Below are positions 26,291 through 39,750 of a stretch of 64,000 bases of DNA, piece after piece. The stretch's first letter is position 1. Each line of letters begins with the position of its first letter. Position numbers and translations under genes: made by a program. This DNA is from Raillietiella orientalis (Eukaryota). The notes below the pieces were generated by a model. It had not been told where the DNA came from. It did not search any database and was given only the letters and a program-made list of their open reading frames with translations. The stretch is from assembly GCA_036172245.1 (NCBI GenBank), contig JAYWIR010000010.1, positions 3,658,001-3,722,000 on the forward strand, read 5' to 3'.

Positions 26291-29200
26291 AAACTATCGT
26301 CTCATGTGTTTGACTACTTCAGGTCAACTACAACCGTTCCATGGTAAAGAGATGATAGACTGACCTCGGAGGAGCACGGAACACGTTTTTGAAAAAGCTA
26401 ATAACTTTTTGCTGATAGCATCATGGACATCCAGTACGGTATTGGAGTGTTCTGAGAGTGTTCTCTCTTGCAATGAATCTGCACAGGTGTTCGTTTGAAG
26501 GATTCATCCTTCTGGAGGAAGCCACCATCATCCTAAGGTGAAGAATTTAGGTTGCTCATCCCGCAAACACTTTGAAAACCGACAGTGCTCTTCTGTGCAT
26601 TTTCATTTTTCTTGTACAAATGAGTCGTTTCAATTGCGGGTAACAGGGTCATAGCCCAGAACGAAAATGAAACGTCAGTCAGCAAAAATGGGGAAGATGA
26701 GTCAAAGTAAGAGCTCAGGACAAATTCATAGCTTCTTCCCTCCCTGCGAGCGACTTGTATTCTTTACAGTTTCCCAACTATTTGTCAAATTGAAGACACA
26801 TTTCAACAAGCAGTGCTTCAGCGAAAGCATCTTTCATGCGGCATGCACAACGCCGAGCTACGTGAGCTGATTGACGTCAGGATCTCTTTCACATCTAATT
26901 TGCGTGCTAATTTCCTATGTATTCTGATTCCCAAAGAACAAATGTAAATCAGTGTATCAGCAGAGAATAATGAGTGGTTTCGTTAGTGATGGTTAATTGA
27001 CCCGTTCTGTCGTTTAGAATTTTCTGGTGCTCATCGTTTACCACTAGTGAGCTCGGAAATGGAAAATTAAGAGCGTTTAGTATACTGCATATTGCCTACT
27101 TCTAATGGTGCCGTGGGTAGTCAGGAATAGAAAAACGCGGTAAAATATCTCGAGCAGCTCCGATCCTCAAGTCTTGTCTGCTTAGCTGAAAAATGGCAGT
27201 TTGGTCCAAAGGGGCTTTTCGGTTGTCAGTTCTTGAAGTTTAGTAGTGGTTCTTAGGATTCGCACTTGAGTTAGGTAGTATTTGCATTCTGTGGAAAGGA
27301 TCCTTCCAAGATGACTGGCATAGATGTATAAGCAACATCTAAAATATAAAATGCAATTGTTTCATAAGCTGGTGTACCTTTTTTTTTTTTGTTTTTTTGT
27401 TTTTACCTAGGTGTTTTCTTAGTTTACGCATTGTATTGGCCATTGCGCAGAGAACAGTAACATTAGTAGGAGGGCACCTTGGCTGTCTCCAAAGATGCAC
27501 CGGGAATAATAGGATCATTCCTAGTCTGTATCCCACTCTGAGGACACAGGTCATTCTGAACCGCAGGCTCGTTCATCGGCGAACACGTCCTCTTCAACTA
27601 GGCGCTCAACCGAATCCCTCTGTCCACTTCATTCTATCCGTACGTATGGTTGGACTCAGCAGTCCACCATTCTACTTTCTTCATATTTTGATTCTTTGTT
27701 TTCCTCTCTTCTAGATGCCCGTATGTATTTGATTACATCACGAAATGCATCACTCGTATCTCCTGCAGTGCCAAGTTTGACCGAGGAGGATAGACATTTT
27801 CAGGAACAATTTCTGTGAAATCCAGACAACAGTGAATCACTCATAGAATTTTATTTTAGAGTTGATCGCTTTTATACATAATAATACGCTTTTAATTACA
27901 TGCTCAATAGAGAGTGTGGAAAGGTGAAATAAGGGTGCTTATTCGCCTACGTGTAGATCACCGCCATCTTCTGGCGCTTGTCTGTAGAGCGAATGGATGA
28001 TTTCAGTTCATAAAGGACTACATTACATCCCCTCAGTTCAGAAACTTCGACTCTATCAGAGTGAAGATTTATTGAGGTTCATACGAAAAAGATGATAAAG
28101 AAAAAACCCTCTATGAATGAAGATATGAGACTGTGGACAACTCAGCTGCGGAGGTGGAAAAGATGCAACTTTTCGAATGCGAATAGATGGGAAAAATAAA
28201 TAACTTTTTTAATAGAACAATTGAAAAATGAATGTATTTTTTCAAATTTTTTTCCCCTCGAAGACATCAGGAAAAGATGGTGCTGCGGCAAATAGATTGC
28301 AGCAGTAGCAGCATATTTTCAGATCGACAATCTGGATTAGGAAATCGCACAGTTACTTTGACTCATTGACCAGTTTGCACCCGCTGTTTCATACGTCTTT
28401 AAGAAACCCAAGGAGAAAGAGCCTCAATGTACAGAGCTCAGATTGTTGCAGACGCTCAAAACTCATCAAGCAGGGATCAACGAAGTCAGCTCCTCTGGAA
28501 ACAGTTCACCGGAAGTACTGCATGGCTCACAATGATCAGAAATTGAAATGGGGTTTAGATGATAGCAGTTGAAGTACGGATGGAACTGGATCGAGGCGAA
28601 CAAAAAACCGACAGGAGTCCAAGCAGTAAAAAAAAAAAAATGGCGCCACTGTTATGGAGGATTTATGTATTTTCCACGATTTCAGATCCATGAGGATCCG
28701 GTAGTACACACAGCATTCTTGTAAATTACATAAGAAGATGGGCAAATATAGCACTGTGTTGTGTGTGCACTGTTCTTTCCCAAGAACTGTCTCCGCGTTT
28801 TTCTGCACTTCAGCCCGTCCGAGTTCAGATGTCGAAAATTCTTTCCTCTGTTCCACTTAGCACTTCTTCCAGAAGGAATTTCCAGAATCGAACGTAAGTT
28901 TGCAAAATGAGATCCACGGAAACACGTAGTAAAGAGATGAGCAACGCTGGTTCGCGTCCACAAGATCTATTGGCAGCGTCAAAAACAAAATGACTACCAG
29001 GCGTGAGTGGAGATCCTGGAATGAAGGAAAACGAACTGAATACATCACTAAGGAGCAAAGTCCAGTATGAAGCGATCGTAGCAGCAGGACGGCGACTGTT
29101 ATAGCAACCGTGTAGGGTGGATTCCGTTAGCTTCAATGCCATATAACTGCTCCGTGATGCAGTTCTTCTGAAGGTTTCCCACTGATCTACAGCCTTGCCC

Positions 29201-29364
29201 CTGGCATGGGACAATCATCTGTAAGAAAGCGTAGACCATTCTGGTGAGGAGATTTCATTTTCTTGAAAGAAAATATCTCAGTCTGTAGCCTCTTTGCCTC
29301 CAGCTCCCAAGATCCTTGGATTTTCTGAGTATTGCTAGGAAAAACGCTCATGACCCGTTCCACC

Positions 29365-30229
29365 CGCGTCGGAGGCCTTGTGGTTAAGGCTTCCGTGTGT
29401 GGCACCATGCGTCGCGGGTTCGAATACTTCGGCAGCAACTCTGACGCCACTGCGTCGTCAGGTTCCGAGTTTCTCCTGCAATGGCGCTGGTTGGCCTAAT
29501 CATTCGGGCGTGGCACCGGCGGTGGATTAAGCCGGAGGCCCCCGATAAAGACCCGAACAATGGAAGTCGACCTTCGAGCCCTTCCAGGAATCAAGGATGG
29601 GGAGTTCCCCCTCCTGTCGTGCAACGGAGAGCGGACCCCCCCACCGGGGGACCCTCCGAGTCGTCGTCTCTTCACAGAGTGCACAAGGAAGCAAGCAAGA
29701 GCGATTCCCCTGCGCGAAGCTGCAGCGCCCCTTCTGAGTTTCGGAAGCGTCGCTTCGGGGTTCTCTTCAGAGGAGTGAACAGGAGCGGTTCCCTTGCGGG
29801 TTCCCTCCGGAGAAGAAATTCCTACAAACGGATCCTTTCCGGTTCCCTTCAGAGAATTTGAAATGAAGTTGAAATGGAGAGGACAGCCCCTCCCCATTGG
29901 GAGAGGGGTGTCCCTCCGGAGAGAATGAGGAAGGAGATTCCCTTCGGGGTTCCCTTTCGGAGACAACCAGGGTGGGAGGTGCGATCCCCCCCGTCCGGGG
30001 GGATCCTTCCCCAAGCGTGAGAGGAACGGACTCCGAGCCCTTCCTGGATTCATAGGGCGAACCCCCATCCCGGGGTGCCCCCTATCCTGAAGAATATTAC
30101 ACTGAAGAAGTACACGCATCCCTGCGGGTTGCCGCGGGCGGAGGGGCGTGGAAGCAAGATGGTGTGTTTAATGTTTAAAAAAGAGACACGTTTGCCGCGA
30201 GGCACGCGACCGGCTCTGAGGTACTCAGC
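29365..30229 (+). mobile_element. tRNA-headed SINE-like element, copy 1 (865 bp), with 13-bp target-site duplication
   Basis: GACCCGTTCCACC flanks both ends (29352-29364 and 30230-30242). The head carries A-box-like TGGTTAAGG and B-box GGTTCGAAT. Body and tail are homologous to 38998-39750 (minus). Confidence 0.85.
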
Positions 30230-32049
30230 GACCCGTTCCACCTGGAACGACGAATCTTGCTGAGATCACTGACAACGAAACTCTGACCGACACCAACGAT
30301 GGCGACCCGTTTTGTAAACGGCTGCATCCCACATGCGGCTCCTAAGAGCGCACTTCTCGCGATTCGGAGATTCGGAAAATCAGGAAAGCACTTCTGTTTG
30401 CCTGCTCGCTGGAAGAGGCACGGTTTTTTTCCGATCTGCATCCATGCAGTCAGGGAGCACGAAAATTACACGCTTCCGATCTTGAGCAGTTCGTTGTTCC
30501 TCCCTATCGCCTTCGTCAAGGAGACGGTGATGTCTTCAAGAGAGAGTGCACGTTGGACTGCGCCTTATCCCAAGTGAAAAGAAAGCTGAATGCAGACTGT
30601 TTTAACTTAAAGCATTTGTTCGCTTATGTCTTAAAAGAGTAAATTGTTAGAAGCTCTGAAACACGTCTTCCTCCTTTGGGCACCTGAATGCTTTGCCAAT
30701 TGCAATAGCTGTCTTGAAAATATCCTGGATTTGAGAATGGAGCAATCCTTCACCCCTGAATTTGCCATGAGTACTTTTTTGGTTGTGCTTAACATTGCCT
30801 GGCACTTCAGCGTGTGATTTCCAGATTTGTTTCTTCCCTTCCAGTTTCCTCTAAATCATCACTGCTTTTCGCCTTTTTCTTTTTGATATGTGGTGCAAAA
30901 CTCAAAGACCTAGTACTTATGCAAGCGTTGCCTAAAGCTAAGGCAAAAAATGGGCATTAGTATAGATAGATCTTTATAGGTTGGCGCTTCTTCCGATGCT
31001 CGTGTAGAGTACAAACGGCAGCGAACCACTATCGGAGGCTGGGGACGAAGGAGCAGACATCTCGCACTGCTGGATAGCACTGCGGGATAACGCAGCGATT
31101 TGGATATCTGCAAACGCATTCACAGTTTCTGACATTAAAAGATAACTAAGGCACATGCTGATCATATTCAGAGCCTGTTTCCATGGAGAGTTGACCTGGA
31201 ATAAGTAGCAGTTCCTGACTGTGAAAAGGTGTTGTCAGATCTTTTAATTACGGCTTTATTTATAACCCATTGCAGTTGGCATACCCTATCAGAGAAAAGC
31301 GGAAAGAAACAGGAAAACCGGGTATGCACCCAGGAAAGGTTTTGGTGGTGAGCGGATTTCACAGTCGATGCACACGGAAGTGAAAATAGCACGGGTGGTA
31401 ACGCGTGGTTTCTGTGAAGAATCGTTGGGAAGAACGTTCCGTAATAATTTTTTTTTTTTTTTCTTCCCTTTCTCTCCAAGATTAATTTGATCTTCAGGGC
31501 TACCTTCCTTATAAGACGTCATCTTTATGTTCGAAGCAGGTTTCTGCTCTTGAAATGTTTCCAAAGTTTTCCTAGGGAGGAGAGAGAAGAAATTAACCTC
31601 TTTTTCCAAGCTACAAATAAATTATATATAGCTACGATATATAGCTCGTGTACACAGTGTGCATAGCCTTATTATTTTTGTACCTTTTCAGCTGATGTCT
31701 GCGTAAAAAAAAAAAAAAAAAAAAAAAAATGTGATTAGTATCCAGTGATTTGTTTTTTTTTTTTTTTTTTATTCTAGATGCCTCAAAGATAAGTCACGTT
31801 TCCGTTTGAAAACGGAATCTGGGAAGCTTTGTGCTCTTTGCAAGAGCAATCTTTTTTTTCTTCTTCTTCTTCTTCCGAAAGGGTATACTTGAAAGGTACC
31901 CATAGGCCACCAGGTTGAGATGCTGCATGCCCTCTTTTGAAATTTTCTCCAGTAAAGAAAGTTTCCCACTGTTTTCTAATTTTCCATTTTCTTCTGTTTT
32001 TTTTATTTCTTTCCTTGCGCTTCTTATATCACGTTGGCTGCCTCTGGTG

Positions 32050-32880
32050 GCAGCCAAGTCTTCCAGGCTTGGTCTGCAGAGAAGCCGAGAAACGGCAGTT
32101 GGCTGCTGTGTGATTTGATGTGATTTCCCCGGAAGAATGCTTGTGCTTCGATATGATTCGTTGGGAGCACTTCTTCGTTTCATGGGCTTCTTTCTGGGTG
32201 TGCCCGCTATAACATAAAAGGATCATCGAGACGTTCAGGAACATCTGGAGTCAAACAATCCTCTTCAAGGAAAAAATCTAAACATGAGCAGCTTCCTCTT
32301 CCAGATCATGAATCAAGAGTTCTCGCTCTTTGGAATTTCATTCCGGGAAAAACAGAAGCTACTCGCCGAGGAGAGTAAATTTCGAACAGTTCCCTGTTTC
32401 TGAGCATAATCACACATGCTTTCCATGCTTACATATTTGACACATCTTCTCCTTGTAGCGATTTCTGCTTCTTTTTCTATTTTTGTGTGTAGAAGAACTA
32501 CATTAGTAGAATGAACGAAACTAAGAGCGTCGACAAAAGTGGGTAGAATGTGCACACACACTCCCTTTCAAGGTCAAGCCAGGAATGAGAGTGACTGTGA
32601 TGTGCAAATGATGAGAGGGTAAACGGTAGGATTTCGGTCAAACATCACTGATTCGTCGCAAAAGGAGTGATTTTCAGTGGACCACAGTTTCGAGTGGACC
32701 GACTGGTGGTCAAGAAGTCGAAATTCATGCAAGACGTGATGATGCGTTGTTTCCGGAAAAAACTTCTCATGAAATCAACACGATGAACACATTCTTTTAG
32801 TTCTAGCAAAATGGTGGCAGATTTTTTCTTTCTAAGAGTGCTCCAGAGGTTCCTGAGCATCCATCCAAAACAAGAAGTGG
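32050..32880 (-). pseudogene. Probable protein kinase pseudogene
   Basis: Degenerate subdomains in the right order: ATILLELKECVHRVDFMRSF (III-IV), ILPTFVDALSFVHSTNVVLLHTKIE (VIa-VIb, HRD lost), GT (VIII), SRLLCRPSLEDL (XI). Multiple stops and frameshifts. Confidence 0.45.
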
Positions 32881-33739
32881 TCACGAGTATTTGGGTGCAT
32901 GAGGATTCCGTTCTTAATTATCATTGATGTAAAGGAAATGATTAATCTTCATAGCAAAGTATGATTAGTCTAATGGGGGTGTGACTGCGGGTGTCGCCGA
33001 GTAAGCACGGATGCGGTGACCTCTGATGAAGTATTGCTTTATAGAAGGAACTCGCAGAAGATACTGAGTCGAAAATGCGAGTAAGCAAAGGGGAAAAGCT
33101 CTTTGCAGTTCAGAAGGCCATCACTTTCATAACAGTCAGGATCTGACGGAAATTGGCTTGCTTATTCTTTTCCTGTGAGATGGTTTGGGTCTTCTGAGGT
33201 AACAGGCAGGAGTTTTTTTCCATGATCATCTTACCGGATGCAGCCGTAACCTAGGAGAGATCACTGTTCCGGAAAAAGGGTTGGTTTTCCACATCCTCTG
33301 TTCGGCAGGTCGAGGTGCTGCATGCATTGAGTGCAGCCGAAAGGCAAGCACGTCGAACAAGGCGAACCCATCCCTGGTAATTGAAAGCGGAAGAAGTGAG
33401 ATGTCACGTTGCGAGTAGTTGGCAGACATTCAGGTAGACTACTTGCCAGGTTCCCCATGAGAAAACAGATTTTCCCGATCCTCGGTCGCACGTGTGTCGA
33501 TCCTGAAATAAGCAAACGTCATTTAAGATAAACATTCTCGCGTTTCCTTATGACTGTAACCAAAAGAGTAATCAAGTGTGGAAAAATAAAGGAATCTGCC
33601 CCCTCGAACGCCTACCAGTACCAGAGTGCCGTACCGAGAGAGCGAACCAGAAGAAAAGATGACTGATCTTCCTTTTGATCGGCAGCCTAGTGATCCATCG
33701 TGCCCATCGAGAGCACACGGAGACCGACTCCACATCAGG

Positions 33740-33960
33740 AAGAGGCTGCGGTGAAGAAAGACTTCGTACCCTCTCGCAGAGCCAGCAAGAGGTGGTGGAT
33801 CGCGGTGGTCCTGTCTCTTGATGAAATCCGACGGCGCATGTGCACTGCTTGCGTGTCCTTACTGGAACTGCGACAGGCTTACACCTTCCAGTTTCCGCGT
33901 ACTGAAATACTGCAACTGCACCGTTCCCTACGTAACGTTTCAGATCACGGTCTTATCATC
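33740..33960 (+). mobile_element. Possible C-terminal fragment of a DNA-transposon-associated protein
   Basis: KRWWIAVVLSLDE...VSLL....YTFQFP.TEIL resembles the WW...V...D....v.fL.......F.fP..dil tail found in arthropod transposon-derived ORFs; resemblance only. Confidence 0.25.
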
Positions 33961-36900
33961 GCCTTTTCCGTTTGATGGACCTCAACGGCAGATTGGCTGT
34001 GAAAGTAGGGGAAGACATTGGTGTAGTGTAAGCCGTATGTGCTGCACAAGCTATCTGAAAAGATGTTTCCTAACAGTTCCGATGACGAGTGACCGGGTTC
34101 GGTTCAAAATCTGGAAAGATCATTAAAAATCAATGTGTGTTTATTATATATGTGTACACAAATTTATTTTAACATACATATTTAGTAATATTTATAAACA
34201 TACATGTTACTGGCTCGGACTTTCCTTGACAAAGAGCGGAAGTGCAAACGGCCACAAATGAAACCACAGCAGCTTAGAAAAAGCGCCAGGAATGATGTGG
34301 TGTTTTAGAGATCGGATCAGCTCTTGCTTTTTCAGGAGATTCACAGTAAGAAGAGGGAGTGACGGGCCCGGCGTGGAGAACTGAAGAGGGAATGAGAGCT
34401 GGGATTTTGCTTTCTTTTGAGGATTCCAAAAGAGGATTCTGGAAAGAAAGGATGCCAGCTGCTTTTTGTTTTTTCCTAATCCCGAGAGCGGTTTTCATAA
34501 ATCAATGGATCAGAGGAGATTCAAAGGATTCGAAGAAGCACGAACTTTGTGGTGATGCTGTGCGGACCAAAATGAAGATCTTTTGTCAGTTGGTCAGTTT
34601 TGTGCAAAGCTGGTGCCTATCACTTCCGGTTGACCTCCGCGGAGGAAGAGCAGTATGAATGGAAACTACAGAAACGATGAGTAAATGGGAGTCATAGTAA
34701 TCGTGGAATGGCGCGTGAGACGCATCCAAAGATAAAAGGGAACAGCGCAAGACGGAGGCGATGACCCTCCGCTCATCCTCGTCTCGTGGACCCCATGGAG
34801 CAGGTCATCTCGCGAAGGTATCGATTAGCAGGCACCTTTCTTGCCGCAACTGGTAAGCGGCAGACTTGCTTCTTGACCACACTTCGTCCTTCTCATCTCA
34901 GCTGTAGAGGCTGCCGCAGGATGCGGGTGGAGTCCCAGTCCACTCCTGTTCTCGATTGTCAGAGAAGAAAAGGTGATGGCATTTACAGAAGTACTTTCAG
35001 AGTCATCGATGGGGGAGGAGACCACTAAGAAGTGGTCAGGAGCCACAAATTCCAGGTGCATATGCGTTGATGAAAAATTTTGGAGCTCCACGAGGAAAAT
35101 GAGGTCACCCGCCATTTCCGTGGTTTGTCCTGTGGATCGTGGCTTCCTCTTTGAGGAGATTGCATCTCTTCAGAGGGAGAACCTGGTTGGCTCGGGTCAG
35201 GATCCGTTATCCAGATTCAAATCCGCTGCTTCGAAGAGCCCAAAGTGGCACAATCAAAGGAATGTTCGATGGTCGTTCGAGAAGTTCGCGCCGCCGAGGT
35301 GCTGTCCCGATGCCTCCAGTTTGACGTCGGATCGCCACAGCGCGAACTCTTGGAGGAAACATTCGTCCGGGTGTCCACCTTGGAGTTTCAAACCCGCACC
35401 TTCGCGTCCCTCTTCGAGCCCCCAGAGTCGGCACGACCGTTCTCTTTGGAAACCACTTCGATGCTTTGCAGATAAAATCACTTAGCAACTGGACGAGAAT
35501 CAGTCTGACCTTGTGCAGCGGCGTCATGGAGCGGATCAAATGGCTGGGACGAGCTGAACGGGTCCGAAGTTGCTTTTTCAGAAGGTCGTGATTACAGGGG
35601 ACTCTTTCTCAGACAACTGAGGTCAGCAGCTTCCATTGTAACGGAATCATCGGAACAATTGTTTTTTTTCTTTCGAATTTCGATCGGTGATGCAATGCCA
35701 ACGATCAAAAAGACTGGTCATTTCCGGCCGATATGTTCCTGGACTTTGTGCCTGACAGCACAGCAAAGTGCATATTGCACCAGGAAGAGATGCCTTCCCT
35801 TGTTTGCGGATCTGCCTCCCTGTTTCGTTTCCTCCCTTGCTGCCTTGAGTTTTCTTAGGATTAGCAGACCTTCGTTGTGGTCTGGTTTGAGCTGTCTTTT
35901 CAACTGCACGTTCAGATGAGCTCCATTTGCATTTGCTCTTATCCGGAAACCGGGACAGCATTATTTCCAGGGATCCATAATGAATTTCCAGCTTTTTTTT
36001 TTTCTTTTTCAGCGACCCAAAGAGACGTTGGACAGCGAGTGCCGAAGCGCACCACACATCAGCTTCCCGCGATCTGTAGGCTTGTCAATCCATCCTTGAA
36101 TAGTTTTCTTATTTTTTTTTTTTTTTCCACCTACAGCTCGGAGGATTTGCCTTGGGAAGGCGGGCGTGATGCAGTTCGTTTCGAGTGATCCCTTCGGCGT
36201 CTCGGGAAGACTAAATACAACACGCATAAATACAGTGGTTCCTCAGTACTCGACGGTGTCGGAGCTCTCCAAACTCAGTACTCGTCGCATTTTGACGAGA
36301 AAAAATTCGTGTTTCCCTTCCGATTCTGGATTCCTCCCATCTGGCTGCGGTAGAAGGCACACCGATCATAAACCCGCCAACCACTCTGAACGACACACGA
36401 TTTGATACGACAAGGAAAGATTAGAGTGGAATGAGAAAGTTGTGTGAGTTCGTGGGCATGGAGGCCATGGTAGCAGTGCTATATTGTGGGGAACCTCCGT
36501 TCCATGCACTTGTAGAACGGAACGAAGTCCAACGGAACAGTTATCGCGGTTCAAGACTTATCTTACAGCACAGAATTTTTCGAGAACTTTCGGCATTTCC
36601 AGAGCGCCGTAGGGGAAGACGAAATTTCTCGAGACCCGTGGCCTGTCGCCACCACAAAGCTGTCCGACAGGGGCAGCACTTTTTCTTTGAAGGAGACGAG
36701 GGGCTGAGCTGGGGTGGCTAAGCAATGGTTTCGACGAAAAGGTGCCAAGGATTCTGAGAATTGCCTGCACGGAAGACATGGCTACCGGAGGGCCGTCCGA
36801 AACGCTGTTTCCCTCCTCCTTAGCTTCATTCTGAAAAAGGAGTTTCGCTACTCCCGTCGGAGAATCCATCCGCCCGCGAGATCGGAATCCAAGTCCTCCG

Positions 36901-37305
36901 ACGTGCAGATCTACCCTTTTCTCGAAAGAAAGATTTCCTGCCTGCATTTCGACTGGAGGGCACTCGCGTTGGGAGAGCTGGAAAGCGCGTGTCCTCTGGA
37001 CGGATGCCCACCGGGATGCGAACCACGCCAAGTTCATGCTTTCGAGGAGAGGATAGAACATCCATCTGCAGCTGCCAGTGAGCTCAGGGAACCGTCTCCA
37101 TCCTCAGATCCGCGGTCGTCTCACTGCTGCTTCGGTGCATGCAGGACGAGATGCAGCAGCCTTTGGGCGTGGCAAACGGAAATCTCGTTTATTGGTCAGA
37201 ACTCCCGGAGAGTGCGACGGGCGCCTTTCCCCACACCGTCGCCTCTCGCCATGGTGCTCAGCAGCGTCGGTGCTTTGTTGGTAGCAGGGCACTCTCGACC
37301 CTCTG

Positions 37306-38595
37306 TCACAGTATGCCGGAGGCATTCCAGTGTTTAAGAATGTCAATAGCACTTTCGTCGTAAGGTATCTGCTGGGACATATGCAGATCGTAAAGTTCCC
37401 GAGGCATCTCGCTGACCGACACGAAGCACTTTGCGTTGGTTAGCTCTTTCAGGGTGTTTACCAGAGTCTGGGTGATGTTCACCAGAAAGGGAATGTTTCC
37501 ACGGAACCCTTTGTTGTCACTTGTCAACCCGTCGCAGGGCTTGTGGTAGCACTTTTTCATCACTCCTCTGAAAGGACCTGGAGGGTAAAAGGCATGGAAT
37601 TCAACGATAGCCATCACGGATGCGAAGAGCGTTGTTAGGAGAAGGTGGGTCGCGGCAGAACGCAGCGTCGACCGCAGGCAAAAGCGACAGCGCGAGGGTC
37701 CCGCTGAGAGAAGGAAAGCGACTTCGCCGCAGCCGAGGGGAAAAAAGGAGGAAGTGGGCGTGAGGAGGGAATGAGAGTGATGACTACTTCCCGCGAGCCG
37801 CAGGTCTCCCGAGCTGACGGATCTTTCGGTTTCGGTGTTCGGCGTTGCGCAGCGCCTCTCGGTCATGCTTGGATACCGAGGGGGAACATTACCTGTATCC
37901 GTTATCAGGATGGCACTCATGGTCCTGTGGAAGAAGGTGCTGTTTCTGTACCAAAATCTGGCATGGTCGCTCCTCAGAAAGTTGAGGAACTTGAGGAGCC
38001 TGTCCGCTTGGGGAAGGTCACCCGGAAGGTCCAGGTGGAAGCTGATCACTGGAATGCTGTTGTTGGGAATGGCCTTCCAGTTGCGTACGAACACTTCGGA
38101 GAGGTGGTCGTCGATGTTTCTCCTTCCCAGAATTGAGAGAAAGTCTCCCTTGTATTCTCTTTGCCTGATGGCAGCTTCCTCGTCCGGGACTGCCTCGCTC
38201 CACTCCGGAGGCACATACTGGGAGCTCTTGGTTTCGTTGTAGTTCATAAGCGAGTCAAGTATCACTGCGCCTTGGAAGTGGGGCCACCGGAAGGGAACGA
38301 ACACTTTGGGGATCAAGAAGTCTCTGATGAAATGAAGGCAGCCATGGCTTCCGTACTCCTCCAAGTCAAACGCAACGAATATGATGGAGTACTGCAGGGT
38401 GCAGCCAGCTTCTCGGAAAGTGCGTATGACTTCCAGCATGGCGACTATCCCAGACCCGTTGTCATTGTATCCCTTTGTCAGCGGCACGGTGTCGTAATGG
38501 GCGCCTATGACTAGGATCCGGTCTCTGCTTGTTCCCCAGAGCCTTCCTGGCAAGATACCGATGATGTTGTAGCCTTCTGGAGAGTCCATCGAGTA
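37306..38595 (-). CDS. M28-family zinc metallopeptidase (YfbL-like); exons 38595-37893 and 37577-~37306; 5' exon(s) not resolved
   Basis: NIIG.LPG, ILVIGAHYDTV, GYNDNGSG, FVAFDLEE.G, RSDHARFW and, after removing intron 37892-37578, ITDTGPFRGVMKKCYHKPCD. These supply the expected M28 metal-binding motifs. Confidence 0.9.
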   Translation of the reverse strand, partial: YSMDSPEGYNIIGILPGRLWGTSRDRILVIGAHYDTVPLTKGYNDNGSGIVAMLEVIRTFREAGCTLQYSIIFVAFDLEEYGSHGCLHFIRDFLIPKVFVPFRWPHFQGAVILDSLMNYNETKSSQYVPPEWSEAVPDEEAAIRQREYKGDFLSILGRRNIDDHLSEVFVRNWKAIPNNSIPVISFHLDLPGDLPQADRLLKFLNFLRSDHARFWYRNSTFFHRTMSAILITDTGNVPPRYPSMTERRCATPNTETERSVSSGDLRLAGSSHHSHSLLTPTSSFFPLGCGEVAFLLSAGPSRCRFCLRSTLRSAATHLLLTTLFASVMAIVEFHAFYPPGPFRGVMKKCYHKPCDGLTSDNKGFRGNIPFLVNITQTLVNTLKELTNAKCFVSVSEMPRELYDLHMSQQIPYDESAIDILKHWNASGIL

Positions 38596-38997
38596 CTAAA
38601 CAAGCAGAGAAGATCAGGAAGCAACGCTGCTGCAACGGCTGCATTCCAAAAAGGAGGAAAATAAGAAGTCCTGATCCAACACGGGAAGAGGGAAAGGTGG
38701 CGAACTGCCTGCTCGCCCCCAGCCATCGTGAGTTTCAGATGGGGAGGATGCAGAGCGGAGGCTCCACTCACCCACGCGCGTCTGGCACTGTATCAAACCA
38801 AGAGGTGCTTGCCGTCTCTAGCGCAGATGACAACCGGTAGCCATGCCGGCTGGCAAGCCGCAGATCATTCTGAAACAGTTTCCGACCGCGGACCGACTGG
38901 TTCATCTCGTCCAGCTGGCCAGCAGCTTCTGGACGAAGCGCATATTCCCCGCGGCCTCCCCTTTCGGGCGAGATTCGCAGCTCTTCCTCGCTCTATC

Positions 38998-39750
38998 GCA
39001 AAGTACTGAAGAGCCATTCGCCTCCTTGAGGGGAGGCCACGAAGCTCATCGACGCTGTCCACACCGTCCGAGGGTGCGCTGACTCGTGACTCTCTAAGTT
39101 ATAGGAGGCACTCCAGGAGGGGACCACCCTATGAATGCAGGAAGGGCTCCGGAGGGAGTCCGTGTTCCTCTTGAGCTTGGTAGGGAACCCCGAAAGGAAC
39201 CGCCTCTTTCTTTTTCTCTCCGGAGGGACCCTCTAGAATAAGCCACTGCTCTTTTTTTCCAAAGGGAACCCGGAAAGGATCCGCTCCTTGTTTCTTCCTC
39301 CAAAGAGAACCCGGAAGGGACGCTTCCCGATTTCTCTGAGGGGAGCTCCCCGAATGGAGCAACGCACTTCTTAACACACTGGAGAGACAACCCCCCAAGG
39401 ATGGGGGGTGTCAACCGACTCCATGGTACGCTATGGGGGATTACCCCTTCCTAGTAAAGGGACGGTTCCATTTCCACAACCGAGGGAACCCCGAGAGCTC
39501 CTTAATTCTTAGAAAGATCCCAGAGGACCGACTTCCAATCCCTGCCGGTCAGTGTCTGGTGGAAGCTAGAGGCATCGGCTTCCACCAGTGCCCATCCGAA
39601 GCCCGTGGACCAACCAACGTCATCCAGCGGGGAGAACTTGAAACCCAGGACGCACCCATTTATCAGGGTCGACCCTCCACGTGGGGATTCGAACCCACAA
39701 CCCTCGGTGCCACAAGCAGAGAGACCGCAGCCACGCTCCGGCCAACGCGG
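38998..39750 (-). mobile_element. tRNA-headed SINE-like element, copy 2 (~750 bp, diverged)
   Basis: The head (39750-39677) folds tRNA-like: CCGCGT/ACGTGG stem, TTGTGGC loop, GTGGGTTCGAATCCC. It shares the internal repeats, the GAGCCCTTCCTG.ATTCATAGGG block and the terminal GGCTCT..GTACT..GC with copy 1. Confidence 0.8.

Noticed and set aside
29740..29965. Repeat-spacer pattern suggestive of a CRISPR array
   Set aside because: Repeats are degenerate, linkers short and irregular, the context is eukaryotic with no cas genes, and the array lies inside a TSD-flanked SINE.
39677..39750. tRNA-His(GTG) gene
   Set aside because: Arms pair imperfectly and the sequence is the head of a repeated element; treated as a SINE head.
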